Of a stretch of DNA of 64,000 nucleotides, positions 50,501 through 64,000 are shown one piece after another. The stretch is from NCBI GenBank assembly GCA_000934665.2, contig JYFJ02001558.1:1-64000 (forward strand), in the 5' to 3' direction. Every line of letters begins with the position of its first letter. Within the stretch, counting starts at the first letter, position 1. The notes under the pieces are model-generated. The model was not told where the DNA came from. It did not search any database and saw only the letters and a list, made by a program, of their open reading frames with translations. A program made the position numbers and the translations under genes. The stretch is from Catajapyx aquilonaris. Taxonomy: Eukaryota.

Positions 50501-53500
50501 GAGGAAGAAGTTTGGGACTGGGGGATTCTCAGAAACCCCTTTATTTAACGACCGGCATTTAATTATTGGGACCTAGCTATATCCGAGGACCGATCTTGTG
50601 CTAACGGGTCCCTTTGGTGCCATCGCAGTGAACAAAATGAAATAAAAATTAGGGCTTTACGACGCCTCTTAAGGTTTAATGGTCCTGAAGAATCAGTCAA
50701 CAGGTGCATGTTATAAACGAACCAATCTGATTTGTGGGGGGGCTTCTAGAATTATTTGCGCCTAATGTTGCTTGTACAGGCTGTAGATATCAGGAGCATT
50801 AACTATGGTGTGACAGTACTCCTTGAGGTTGTGATGTCACAAATTGTTGAAATTAATCCGCTTTTATTGGGATGGTTTTGCACAAAATTGTGGCACTTAA
50901 ACCTTTATTACACGTTTGCAATTTGTGCCCTAATTGGGAGTTAGCGTCGTGTGCTTTCGGTAGAATAGCTTAAAAAAGAAGGAAATATTTTTTTAACATT
51001 GAAGGGGGTCAAAGGTCCCAGCATGGTTACAGATCCAGAGGGCTGCACCTTTCATGCCTGGTAGAGACAGCACTTACGTATTCATGCGCCGTAACCCTAA
51101 ATCACACTGGGGTCTGTTCCTTCACACGGCGAGCCCTTAATACCACCTAATCTCTACCAGACCCCATGATAAAATTAATTGGCTGCACACCCATTTAGCT
51201 AATATTTCATATGGGTTGTCTTGGACGATGTGCAGGGCCTACACCTATCAAGGATATCAGGTACTCTGTATATCAGCCGGGCAGTCGGATGGGGGAAAAA
51301 TTGAGGGGGTCAACAAGGAGGGATAAATTGCACAAAGTCTAACATGTAATGGCACATTTTTATTCTGGATATTTTTAGGAACAAAAAGTTGGACTCCATT
51401 GAAGGAGTACTGTATAGCATGAAACTTCTAACACAATAGTGTAGGATATACAATGAACTGACTAGCCTTTGTGCCTGACTTCTTGATAATGCAATGCAAT
51501 AAAATTTATTAGAGATGTTATATGAGATGTTTTGCTTCGCATCAGCTCCGACAACTAATAAACGGCTCAGTATTAAGGCACTTTGCATGTTATTAAGACT
51601 GTTTAAGAATAGCACTCAGAAAAGTAACTCAATATTATAACAGCACTGTATGAAAACCTATTTTTGTGACGTTAATCAATGTCCGATTTTGATTGCCTCG
51701 GGTAGTTATGAGGCCCTGCAGTTATATGACACCTCGGATAATTATATATTTTACTTTTAATTGAAAGAATATTATTGCTAGAGTTTATGGAAAATGTCTG
51801 AAAAATGAATCTTACTCTTTTGTAGTGTAGATTTCTACGCAGCTGCATAATATCTGAATTGTAATTTTGCTCGATAGTCATGAAAGATTTTATTACGTGA
51901 TGTAATGGAAATGCTTGTGCACCATAGTGTGATAACCTTATGTAATACAGTAATATGCATGTGTTTCTCACAGATCAGACTTATCATTAATATAGCCTAC
52001 GGAAATATTATGAAAGGGCTGTTTTCATATGATTTAATTTTAAATTAATGGGAAAAGAATGATGCATGAAAATGAATACTGTACTGAGAATATTATTAAA
52101 AGTTTCAGTGCTCTTTCTCCATATCAGTGGGCCGAATGTGAAATTTTAATTCTCGCATTAATTGAACCGTTGGAGATTATGGCTACGATTCTTGATGGTG
52201 ATATTAAATCAGGGGTCACACACTGCATTTGTTTCTGTTGTAAGGCGATGCAGATTCCGCTGCCTCAATAACAGTGCCAAGTACTGAGGTTGAAATGGCA
52301 TGACATATTCCAGATTTGAGGTAGCATTACACCTTTAAACGGCGAAAGCCTTGGCCAATTTGGCCTTGAGACTTTCTAGGTCATTAGGACGGATATAAAC
52401 TTGGAAGCTATGCAAGTGACGAGTAGTGACTTCAGCAAGCTTATCCTCACCTTTGCCCCAATCCCCCCTACCATGCACCCACCACCCTCAAAGACAACTG
52501 ACAAACGCTCCGTGCTGATGTATGCCCCCTGACGTGGCCATCTCTCTCCCTCATCTGCAAAGAGCCAGCAGCCCTGCAGAGAGATGCACAAATAAACATA
52601 TGCTGTTGCGGAAAAGCCCATCTCCAAATGTCAAAAACTGCACTCCTTACTTCGCAAATGTCAAAAAAATAATGATTATTCATGCGTCTGAATATTCACG
52701 TGCATGTAACATATCCTTCCCATTTGGCTAAATAGTAATTCTGATCACATCCTCACGTCCATGTGCCTCTGCGTAAGGCAATGTCTCAATATGTTGCAGT
52801 GCTAATTGCAAAGCTAACACTAACCTAGGGTGTCACAGAAGCCAAAGAACAAACCAATTAACAGACACAAAAGAATGAGTAGTTGGCCAATTCATCTCGC
52901 ATTTTTCCTTACGTTGAACTAACCACCTGAATACCTCCGGGGTAAAAGTTTGAAACAAACTTGTTGCAGCACTCTGGAGTGATTTGCACTTGACCATGAT
53001 TATGTGCGCTTCATGAAGCTTCTTTGCCTGTGCTGGTATATGCCTTGAATGTAAACATTTTCAGTCAAAATAATAAATACATTCAATATGACAACATTAA
53101 AGAATTGCGGACAAAGCAATGTACGCGGCTTACAACGGATCGTCTAGGGAGGAGCACTGTAATACACACACTACAGCTTATGCTGCATCTTGAATTATCC
53201 GCAGACTTCCATTAATCTGATAGAAGGTACTCTGCATGCATGAGACGACTGCAGACTCGCATAAAGAATATGGAAAAAAGGTGACGACGCGACGCTGTGT
53301 CTACGGCACTTCTGCCAACTGGGTGACGTCAATGATGCAGCACAAAGGAAAGCAAGTTTTCTCCTTTTATTGCCAAACTTGTCTGGAAGCTGTTTCATCC
53401 TGATTCACAATACCACCTGCAGTTTATAGAACGTGAAAGATTATACAGCAGCATCTGAATATGAAAGAGTGCCGTGTTGGTTCCTTCATAATTATGAATG

Positions 53501-56500
53501 ATATATTTAAAACTGTTTAAAATATCATTTTGTTATCAAATATCACTGCTGAATAGATAAATGTCATATTGATAATTTGCATATTTTTGATGCCGGTAAT
53601 AACGTACAACAGGAAAATCTGGCATTCTTCACGCCAGTACAATAAATTAGAAATCTCTGTTACATAAGTCAGTTGCTATTACGGAATCCAGAATCACATA
53701 ATTATCGCAACATGTTGGATACAAAATGAAACTAACCACGTGTAGGGCCAGCAGCCTGATAAATGGAGGTTGGTGGCCTCTCCTCCTCTGGCAGCTGCTC
53801 TCCGAAAGAGCCAGAAGGAAGACTACTTCTTTTGCTGCAGTTTGGAGGGGAAATAGGAGAAAATTTAGTGGAGCTGGTAACTATTTAAGGGCTGGCTAAA
53901 AGGCGCCTGAGGCTTCTTGGCCCTAGACAAATGGCTTCCTGAACCAGCAGGACGATTTCCCTTTTTTTAGCCTATCAAGTGACATTCCCAACCGACCCAC
54001 CGCAGGACTTTTACATGCGATCCACTTTTGCCTCTCACGCTGTAGCAGCAACCAGAGGAAGCGATAAAAATGTTGTTTGTAAACAAATATGGTCGCGCGG
54101 GCCTGAAAATTATGAGTCGGGAAAATATGGAGGGGGGAATCCCGCCAAAAATAACCGTTAGGTTGTCATCTTCGTCTGAATTATGGGGGATGAACGGCCA
54201 GGTCAAGTGCTAATGGGAATAAAAACAATGCAATCAAAATGAAAACTAAAAATACTATCATGTTGGTGTTTGAACGCATATATCATCCTATATGTTCGCT
54301 TTGTGCCAATATTTGATTAAAAGTAACTATTAAAAATATAATCGAATTTTCAGCTAAATTGTAACCTTCTAGTTTCGCATCACAACTAGGGCAATCTGTG
54401 TGACGCAAATGGTTGAAGGAGTAAACTGACTGGGTAGTCTCAGCTGCGGACAGAGCCTATACAGGCCATTATGTGGTCAGGCCTTCGTCGCCAACTTCAG
54501 TTCATTTTGATACAGTTTACTCCAGATGAGCCCAAAATGGTGTGGAGTGTTTGGCTTGGCTCACTAGGCCACTGAACCAGATGGCCAATTCCACAAGGCC
54601 AAGACGCTTTACACTTGTCTTCGTCATTAACCCTTCACATCACCAGGGATTTTGACGAATATTGCGCAATTCCTTCAGCTAATTTAGGACCACCTTCTAA
54701 ATAAGCATACCAACTTTTGTATGGCGATTCAACACCGATTATCATCCGAACGTCAGCTGCATTTTTACTCTTCAGTTGTTATCAGAGGCTCCTTTTTGTA
54801 ACCATTAGACTCCCAACTCAGCTAACTGTTGAATTCAGTGTTCCCTGAGATGAATTACAACAGCGCCAAAGGGCTGTTACCCTGGAGGGGGACAAGGCTT
54901 TCTGGGGAAGCCTGAGTTATGGAGCCTTCATTCCTGGAAGAAAGATGTCCAAAAGTGGCCCGGCCGGAGTGACTTTTCCCTTTTGCACCTGGTAACCATG
55001 GGTCTGAGCAGAGAGAAATACTGCCCAAATGAATGGTGGGCCCATCCGCAACAAATTAAGTGGAGCTGAATTGAAATGTGCCCTCCGTGTCTCTCCACCA
55101 CGTCGTGACGTTAATTTTTTTTCCTCCCGAGTTTTGTTTTCAAACCGGGGCTTCGGGAACGTGCTGGACGTCCCAAATTGCATCAACCTTATACCAAAAA
55201 CCCTCATGTTTCATTCATGCGGTGGCACTGCTCTGCGGGTTCGACCAAGTCTAGAACTAATTGGGGGAAATTGCCGCCACATATTTCTCAGTGCGAAACA
55301 TCATCGTCTGAGAAAAGAATGTGCAGTAACGCACTGTAATTGGGACGGACATGTGAAATACCAAAAATGGTATCAGGATGTGATTTTTCAACAGCTGCCA
55401 TATGTTTATAAGGAACGTTTATGAGACGTTTGAGTCATCTCCTTTTGTTTGTAATTCGTTTACATTAAATTATGAAATGCAAAGAATTGTGGGGAGCAAT
55501 GTATTTGCAGTTCCGTGTGGTCTGACGTTCATCCTAGAGAGATGTAACTTTTCGTTGTGCTCTTGGCCACTTTCCTGAATGAGTTGCCAAGAGGAGCGGG
55601 ACTAGGACCGTTTTGATGACATAGTTGCTTCATCCGAAGATTTATCCGGCGCATCCTCACCAGCCCTTCTGCCAACGCAAGAGTTTTTCACTCTTCTAAC
55701 GAGGTCGACATCCCCACAATCCATCTGACATCCCACCGGGTCACACCATGTCTCCACCTCACTATTCATGTCTTCCTACGTTGTTGGCCTAAGTGGGAGA
55801 CGTATCGATATTTTGCAGATCTCGGACAGTGAGCAATTAGAGACTAGGACCGATGCATATTCACACACTTGCGAAGTAGGTTCTTGTTTGCGAAACTTTG
55901 ACCTCAGCTTGAAAGCTCAGTATATAGATCAGGGTGTGAAAAAAATGTGCACGACTCTAAATAAATTAACACCCAAGATTTTGAAAACTGAGCTTTGTTG
56001 CCAATATTACCTAGCTATAAGGATGTGCCAGTATGTACCCCTGTGCATCATACACATTATGGACAGCGGCCAACCCTATGTTACAAATAATTCTTTATAT
56101 ATCGCGTGCCCCAGATTATTCGACCATCTGTATATTCCTGTATTGCGTGAATCAGTGTTATGTATACTGCATATACTCTATTAGTCTATTGTACTGTACG
56201 ATACTCTCAGCGAGATCTTTCAAAGGATGGGAGACACTTGGTTAGTTGTAATACCTGGTTTATTTTCTTTTCATCTCCAGAGCCTGCCTAATGAAATTTT
56301 ATATTCATAACTCGTAATTATTGTTACACATGGAGTAGGTTAAATAATATCTCCTCTGCTCTTGCAGGACTGTAGTATATACTGGCTTGCCACGGGGTTA
56401 TGATCCACGTGTTCAACACTATACTCTCTTGTTTATACAAATCAGAGCATGACTGAGGCCTAATAATAACTTAATATTAGTCTTTCCAGCTGGCAAGTAC

Positions 56501-59500
56501 GGTTTACTGTCACGCTCATTTTTTTTCTTCGGGAAATAACTGAACCGGTGCAAGTGCCATGACTTGGGGAGATAACCTGCCAACAGTCCCTCTTCTCTTA
56601 CGAGTATACAGGCTGATGAGCTTGTTTTGTTTTCATCTGAACGCAACGATTAGATAATTTTATTTATTATAATTATTATATTATTGTATTATTAATGTAG
56701 ATATTTTGAAACAGTTAATGCTGTAAATGAATGAATTGATTTTTAAAGGTGTAGCATGTAATACTGATGTCTATACATTGGAATGACTTTATCGGTGTTT
56801 ATTTTTTTCCCCTTTTCAATCTAGGGCTGCCGGAACACACGTTATGTTGGACCCTACTCGCATCTGCCGGAAGACCCGTCGCTTGAAAGGAAAGCAAGCC
56901 GAAATTTGTCGAAAGGAACCGGAAGTGGTACGAGAGATGGGCAAAGGAGCTAGAGAAGCCACGAGAGAGTGTGAATTTCAGTTCAGAAACCGAAGATGGA
57001 ACTGCACTACTGTGCGGAAGAGCCTGAAAAAGGTGCTTTTGAGAGGTACGACCACATTCTTATTCCTAAGCCCTACCTGTCCAGTGTCCAAATGACTTAA
57101 TACTAGAGCATAGGGTTGACCACCCCGAGGTTGATCGATGAGGGTAGTAGTTAGTAACATCAGATTTTAAAAATAAATCATTGCTAGAAACCGGTCCTGC
57201 GATGACCTCCTCTCATCCCTACAATCCGGGATGAAAAGGTGCTGAGGCGTCTAATCGTGACAAACCTACTTCTTTTTTTTGGCAACCCGCATATCAAAAT
57301 AGGCGTAGTGAATGCATAAAACACTCGGTGCCGAACAACCAGTCCTTTTGATGCATGTTTTTTAAATATATAACGGCACCCATTAATGTCAGGAAATGAA
57401 GTATAACCATATATCAGGCTGAAGTGTCATTTGAATTCAGGCTACACATTTTTGAGTGTTTATTAAACCCAGCTACAAAGAGCTGTCTCAATTCCAACAA
57501 TGACGACCCCTTCTAATGATGTCATTACATCTCCATGGCCCCATCAGGGGGGCTCTTACCTCCGAGGAGAATACACTCTTCACCTTTTGTATAAGGCAGG
57601 ATTGGAGAGCTTCAGATGGCGCCGAATAAGATAGAGAGATTTGTTTTCTCCCTTCCCCCCTCCTATACCCCACCCATCCTCCCCTCTCAACTTTTACCTC
57701 CCCTTTACTTGACTGGACATAGCAAGAAAAGTGCGGTGGTAGAGAATGGGTGTGACGATGATCCCCTTTTATTCTGGAGAGTCCTCACAAAAGGGGGGCT
57801 TTTAAGAAGGGAACTCTGCTGACAGCGCTCACAGTAGGGGGACAGGTTGGAAAAATGGAGCTGGGCCACTTCCCAAAACTCATCCCTCTTTATACGGGAC
57901 CTGGGAAGGTTTCAAAGGAATGCAAAAGGGTAGCTGGCTCTCTAACTATGGCTGCCCCGGAGAAGCAGGGGTGCCAAGTGCTGGAACACTCTGGCGGCTG
58001 ATAACGGAAGTGGACCTGCCGCTGCCGACCTCTTGTAAAGATTATCGGCCCAATTTGTACCCGGGTCAACCCAAGGGTCACAAAAGGGGCCGACCCTTTT
58101 GACAGAAACAGGATTTTCATTCTCCATCGGGTGTTATTGTCCCTTTTGTCGAGGGGCCTACTTGGAGAGGAATATCTGCGGAAGAAATGCACACAAGAGG
58201 ATGACATGGCGGCCAATTACGGAACTAATTTTGCGCTAAATGGCTCCCGGCTTTTGAGTGCTGTTATATCTCGGCACGTCTTGTCGTACCGCAGTCAACC
58301 GTTTTATTGCCGGTTGCGGGTTAACTGACCACCAGCCAAGGGGGTCGAAGGCCTCAGAATAACGTCGCTTGCTGCTATTTAGATTAAGCTTTCAAGCCCG
58401 TATAGTGTCGTTCATGGTTGGCTGATGCCAGAGGGTAGAACTAAAATGGTTGAACCGGAATTGTGTTAATAACAACCATAGACATTCTCTGGAAGGAATA
58501 AAAGTCACGGAAGACTAAAAATAATGACCCGTGGCCATTTGACAATAATCCCTGATCTCGTACTGCTCCATAAAGCACACTGAAAGGGGGCAGCAGAGGA
58601 GCAGCTGATTATCATAAAGGGACCAGGAGGAAAAAAAGGATGAAAAAAACTAGGAAAAATGCGGACGCAGTGGAAAATAAATGAAAGGAACACCTCATAA
58701 AAGAAGACACCCTGCTGAGGCTTCCAGGCCTTTACTCTTTCATCTTTCATATTTGGGAGCTAAGTATTCGTGTTGATGTGATAAAATCGAGAATATTCGA
58801 GATTGAATTATTCATGACACTTCACTTGATGGACACTTATAGTGGGTCTATTCAGTATAGGCTACGACATGTACTGTACTGTGTGTAATTGCTTTCATGC
58901 ATATTTTGAAAATTACCTAATTGAAATCAAAACTGTCCAAAAATTCAATGCAAATAAAGTGTCGTTTTCAAGTTAGACACCCACATTATTGCTAACCTAA
59001 TATAAAAAAAATAAGCTGCATGGCAAGTTTTCTATGCATATAGAGTAATAAATCCACGTCTAATGTAGCGAGCAGGGGTTTCCATGATTGGCTGTAAATC
59101 ATCAGGTAGGACATAGTTGGTGTCACCCGTGGGGGCATCGTGATCCGTTGCCTGTTGGCCATCTCATCGCCAAAGATTGGAATTCAGCTTAAGGAATCCG
59201 CCCTGGAATCCTCGCAGTTCAGATGCTGGAATGCGCATGTATCACGACGCAGGGTGTCGCCCATATACTTTCGGCTATTCAGGATTGTAACCTGTGGGAA
59301 CAGGATTAATGTCCTGATGACCACTTTCATTTTGAGATTTTTATTTTGAATCGTGATGCTGCTGCATCTTTATATGGAAAAGTGCCTCTTGATCACTGTT
59401 GGTGCTGATGTCAAACATGAAGAGGGCTTAAGTATTGGAACGGCCTTGCAAGGACAGCGAAAAGGTCAAGTGCAGGCATCGATCACAAGCCAATTGGCCG

Positions 59501-60580
59501 ATGACAGGACTGACAGGCTGCGGCCCAAATGAGGCTTCAAGAGCCGACAGATAAGCTTTTCTGGTTCCGTCCACACCACCATGCAACGGTCGTAACCCTC
59601 TGACTTTACAGGGCTATTATGGATGCGCTCTAGAGTATATGCACGTGCCCGTACTATGGTCATAAGAAGGACATTTAAATGGCCATTCAAATCATCATTG
59701 CTCTCTTTTTTATCTATAGACACGAGAGAAACTGGATTTGTGAATGCGATCATTGCTGCTGGAGTTACAACGGCAGTGACTCAAGCTTGTAGTTCCGGAC
59801 AGTTACTCCAGTGCACCTGCGATCGAAGTCTGAAAGGTATGCAACGGTATTATACTCATAAAAATTAGCAGCGAATTGACTTTTGTGTGCTTGTCGCTAG
59901 GTATGTCTGCAGACGGCAACTGGGAATGGGGCGGATGCGGGGACAACGTCCAATTTGGGTATAAGAAGTCCAGGGAGTTCATGGATGCGCGGTACAGACG
60001 AAGGAGCGACATAAAGACGTTGGTTATGCTGCACAACAACGAGGCAGGACGACTGGTACGTTCACTTGACATGTACTCCCGCGCAATGTCCTTACCACTT
60101 CTTCTGGTATTGTTGCAGGCTGTGAAGAACCACATGCGAACAGTCTGCAAATGCCATGGACTGTCCGGGTCATGCACTCTCCGGACATGCTGGCGGAAGA
60201 TGCCTCCTTTCCGGGACGTCAGCAACCGGCTGAAAGAGAGATTCGATGGTGCTGCTAAAGTGATTCCTGGTAACGACGGTCAGACGGTCATCCCAGAGGG
60301 ACCGACCATTAAACCGCCAGGAAGAGAAGACATTATTTACTCGGAAGATTCCCCGGATTTCTGCAAGCCCAATCGGAAGACTGGCTCTTTGGGGACACAG
60401 TTCCGGGTTTGCAATGCGACATCAATGGGCGTAGATGGTTGTGATTTGTTGTGCTGCAACCGAGGTCACGACCTCCAATGGGTTAGAGAGAAGGTCAATT
60501 GCCATTGCCGATTCAGGTGGTGCTGCGAAGTCACCTGCGAGGTTTGCCACGTGAAGAAGGCTGTCAACACTTGTCGTTAA
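47559..60580 (+). CDS. Wnt6: Wnt6 (338 aa); exons 47559-47620, 56825-57045, 59720-59836, 59901-60055, 60119-60580
   Basis: Signal peptide ending [34 protein letters not shown] (Wnt6-diagnostic); [54 protein letters not shown]. Phases are consistent (2,1,1,0). Confidence 0.93.
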
Positions 60581-63500
60581 ATTTTTAATGTTAATTCCTC
60601 TTGCCCATGACATTGTATATATGCGTTTAGGCTTGCTGATCACGGTACCATGACTTTTTAAAAATAACTTTAAATAACGTGATAATGCAGTCTCGGTATG
60701 GACCCATTTCTGTGCAAGATATCTTGCGTGAATTATGGTTACTTTTTTATTGCCTACTTATGTCAAGGGGTGCATAATATTTCTCCGTTTTATTTTATCT
60801 GCACAAAATGACTCGAAATGCCATGGACTTGGAGACGCGCCATAGTTGTTAATAGTAATATTCTTTCGATTCAAACGCTGTCGCCATACATGTAAACTGT
60901 CCTGGTTGTTTATAATCGCAAAAAAAAGTGTTCCTAAATTTTTAAGACGGTGCTGCAATGTTATAGGGTTACATTATCATTTGGAATGTACATCATTTAT
61001 GACCGTAAGTTACATATGAAATGTGATATCAATGAGTGAAAGCGTGCCTTACAAGGTGCGGCAGTTTTATTGCATGTGCAGCGTTATGTTAGCTGCCCTT
61101 ATCGTCTTATGTCGCCTTATCTGGAGCCTTTGCCTAATAGCCTGTTGCAACTGTTCAACACTATAGAGTGACTGAGAGTCAGGACAACAATAAACAAGAA
61201 TGGAACAAAGTGATCAGTGTTGTGAGTAGTCATCAATGGATGTGCACCGACGAGCAACTACTTGAAGCGTATATTTGTTTTGATATCCCATGCTGCTTTG
61301 TAAGAACGGACTTATGTTCCTTAGGGAATAAATAAAAACGCTTTTTTCAATGCATTACCCAATGATTGTTACAGCCATATAGTGGGCCAGAAAAAAAGAC
61401 CATGTTTGAGCTTCACCTTTGAGAAGGAAAACAGGGGCAAAAAAAACAGACACACACAAAAAAAACCAAGCAGCGCCCAGTTTTATAAGACCACCCAGCA
61501 TTGGGCCGAAGGGGCTCTCACACGAAGCCGTGCTTTGGAGGTGGAGCTTGGCGTTGTCATGCTTGCCTTGCCCTCTCTCTCTCCCCTAGCAAACCCCACC
61601 ACTCTCACCACCCACTCTCACCGCTTGCTCAGCAATAATTTGGATTCTGAACCCTCACGGGTTACATGCCTGGAATGCGTATAATTTGTGTCCACCTCGA
61701 GTAATACACCAGGAGATTTGGATGGTCGAATGGTGCATGGTCGTTCACTGACGGTTCATCCTTATACAATCACTCCCTGTGCGGATTTTGACAAGACCTC
61801 ATTCAACATCCTGTCACGACTCATAATTTATTCCCTTTGCTTTGAAAGACAGGTCAGAAATCGATTGATACCCTGATCCGAAACAGGCAATTAGTCCCCC
61901 TAAGAGAAACCCTATCAATCAAGGACGTAATTACAGGTCAAATACATCACGTGGAAGACACTCCCCTTCTCACCTGGGTGCTCGGGATGTAATCAGATCA
62001 GGCAGTCCACCGATTAATGTCTCACTTGTTTTTTTCTAGTGTTTCATAGACTTCTGACCTCAAAACCCATCGTAATGAACTTCTAGGTGGGCTCATGTCA
62101 GTCCATGACATTGTCATTATTAGGCTAGATGTCCGGTCCAGCATGGACAAGTTGGTGATTTTGGATCTGTTTGGGGCCATTTATCCCAGGAGCTGGCCTA
62201 GAAGGCATTTTCAGGCTCCTCCCATCCCAAAACGAGTGTGGCTGCCATTGGACTTGGAGGCGTCAGAGGCCCAAACCCCCTTAGGCCTAGGAGGCGGGAC
62301 GGATTCTTGGCCTTCCCGAGCTTTTACCATGGCGGACACTCTTCTGAACCTTCCTTTTTGTTTGCATTGCCACACACTGACACCATAATCGAGATGGTTA
62401 TGCGCATGCGTGTGTTGGATAACGTGTTGTATCACTTACTCAGGGTGCGTGATGGACATGCCCTTGAATTACGCACAGTTTCACTCTTTGTTATAGAAAC
62501 TCGATGTGACAAAACAGGATGGAATGCATACAGCTAATTATTTAGCGGTCTAATTATCAACAAGAATAATAAAATATAACTCCAGTGGGCACGCTGTATT
62601 GTCCAATAGAAAAATGATTTGTTGATTATTTTTTTACAGGCGGTTATAATTACGCGTTTATGAAAAAACAACATTTTGACGGCAGTGGCATAAAACTTGT
62701 TTCCTGCTGTGAATTTCATATCCCATTACACCAATCTACGCTCCCAGCAACCTTGCTTTTCTCACCTTCCCATACTTTTGTCTAAAATCTCATAAAAGTG
62801 CCTGAAACAGGTCGTAATTCACTAATAACAGCCTTGACTACTCTATCTCCAGCATTCACTTTTTTCGCACGTCCATTTTTTTCTCTCTTAACACAACACA
62901 CAAGTGGGTTTAGTTTCCCAAGAGCCGTATCTCAAAAATCGTCATGAGGCTGGAATTTAACCATCCAGCACAGAACCAGAACTCTGAGGTTATAACCACC
63001 CAAAAGCTGGCGGGAATCCTTGTCAAATGGGCTATAAAAATCGCACCATAATAAGTGCTGGCAGACAAAGTAATCAACGCTGCGGATGAAGGATTTGTCA
63101 ATGGTTTTTCGGGCTAGAGTTGGAAAGGAATTTACGATGCTAATGATGATTATGACGGTCTTATCTCTTTTGTCACGCACTGGGATCAGCAGGGAACAGG
63201 AGCCTTCCATGCGGGAGGCCTAGGGTTTCGTCTGTAATTCTACGTCGCAAAGTGTTCTAATCAAACAAGTTGAGCGATGGCTCCTCGCTTCCACCTCTAG
63301 ACTTTTGCGCCATAAAATTAGACGAGCTGACTTAATAGCTCTTTTTCGGGGGAAGAGGTGCATAAAGAATAACCAAAAAAAGAGAGAGAGGAAGATGAAG
63401 AAAAACGTTCGCGGTGGACTTTCTAAGGGTCACGATGGAAGAATATGATGAAAAACTGGTTGGAATCTGTGGATTTCAGAGAAATGTCATCCGCTGGCCT

Positions 63501-64000
63501 TATGCTAAATTCTGTGGACTGCGAGCCAAACATATGAAAGTGTCAGTGCAAAATATTAACTAATGGATTGGAATCACTCATGTACTATATATACGCAAAT
63601 TCTCCAAGTGAGAGTTGGGTGTTATTTTAGTATTACGCAAAGTATTCCAAGACAACAAGAGGTTAAGATCAATGTAACGGAATCGTTTGTCATTTTAAAA
63701 ATATTTCCATAAACTAAGTTTGTGTAAAGCGTGCATAATATTTATAGGAGGGCATCGAGATTCTGTGTAGAAATTGATTGCGTTATTTGTACCAATAATA
63801 TTGGAGAACAATTTACTGGTTTGATAAAGAAGCATATTTTGTTCACTTTCAACTAACCCGTATTTCAGTTGCAAGTAATCTAAATTGCTCTGAAAACTCT
63901 CGGTTCTGGTTTTAGCCTTGCATTATAGGATGGTGGGAAAGATGTGAATTTCTTCTCGGGCATATATAGGTTTCTTGAACTATAGGCTATTTTAACGCGA

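Noticed and set aside
55590..56184. Possible nested gene exons in Wnt6 intron 1 (138-aa plus-strand ORF; short minus-strand open frame)
   Set aside because: No partner exons, start context or homology that I could recognise

Overview
Eukaryotic, intron-containing arthropod-type genomic DNA (TTK-type BTB gene, Wnt cluster, GT-AG introns). The left 17 kb holds three compact genes. (1) An intronless mpaB/rubber-oxygenase-like (DUF2236-type) gene on the minus strand. (2) A 4-exon LAPTM/DUF4728-like tetraspan protein with PPSY motifs. (3) A Tramtrack-type BTB gene with four common coding exons and two alternative terminal exons: one encodes a C2H2 zinc-finger pair, the other an intact piggyBac-transposase-type cysteine-rich DNA-binding domain, a likely transposase-domain capture and the main finding. 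The BTB introns are packed with MITEs, mariner-derived palindromes and tRNA-derived SINEs. The right 41 kb holds complete Wnt10 (minus, 4 exons) and Wnt6 (plus, 5 exons) genes arranged head-to-head, in long non-coding DNA with few recognisable transposons. All gene models were spliced by hand; family assignments come from motif recognition, not database searches.
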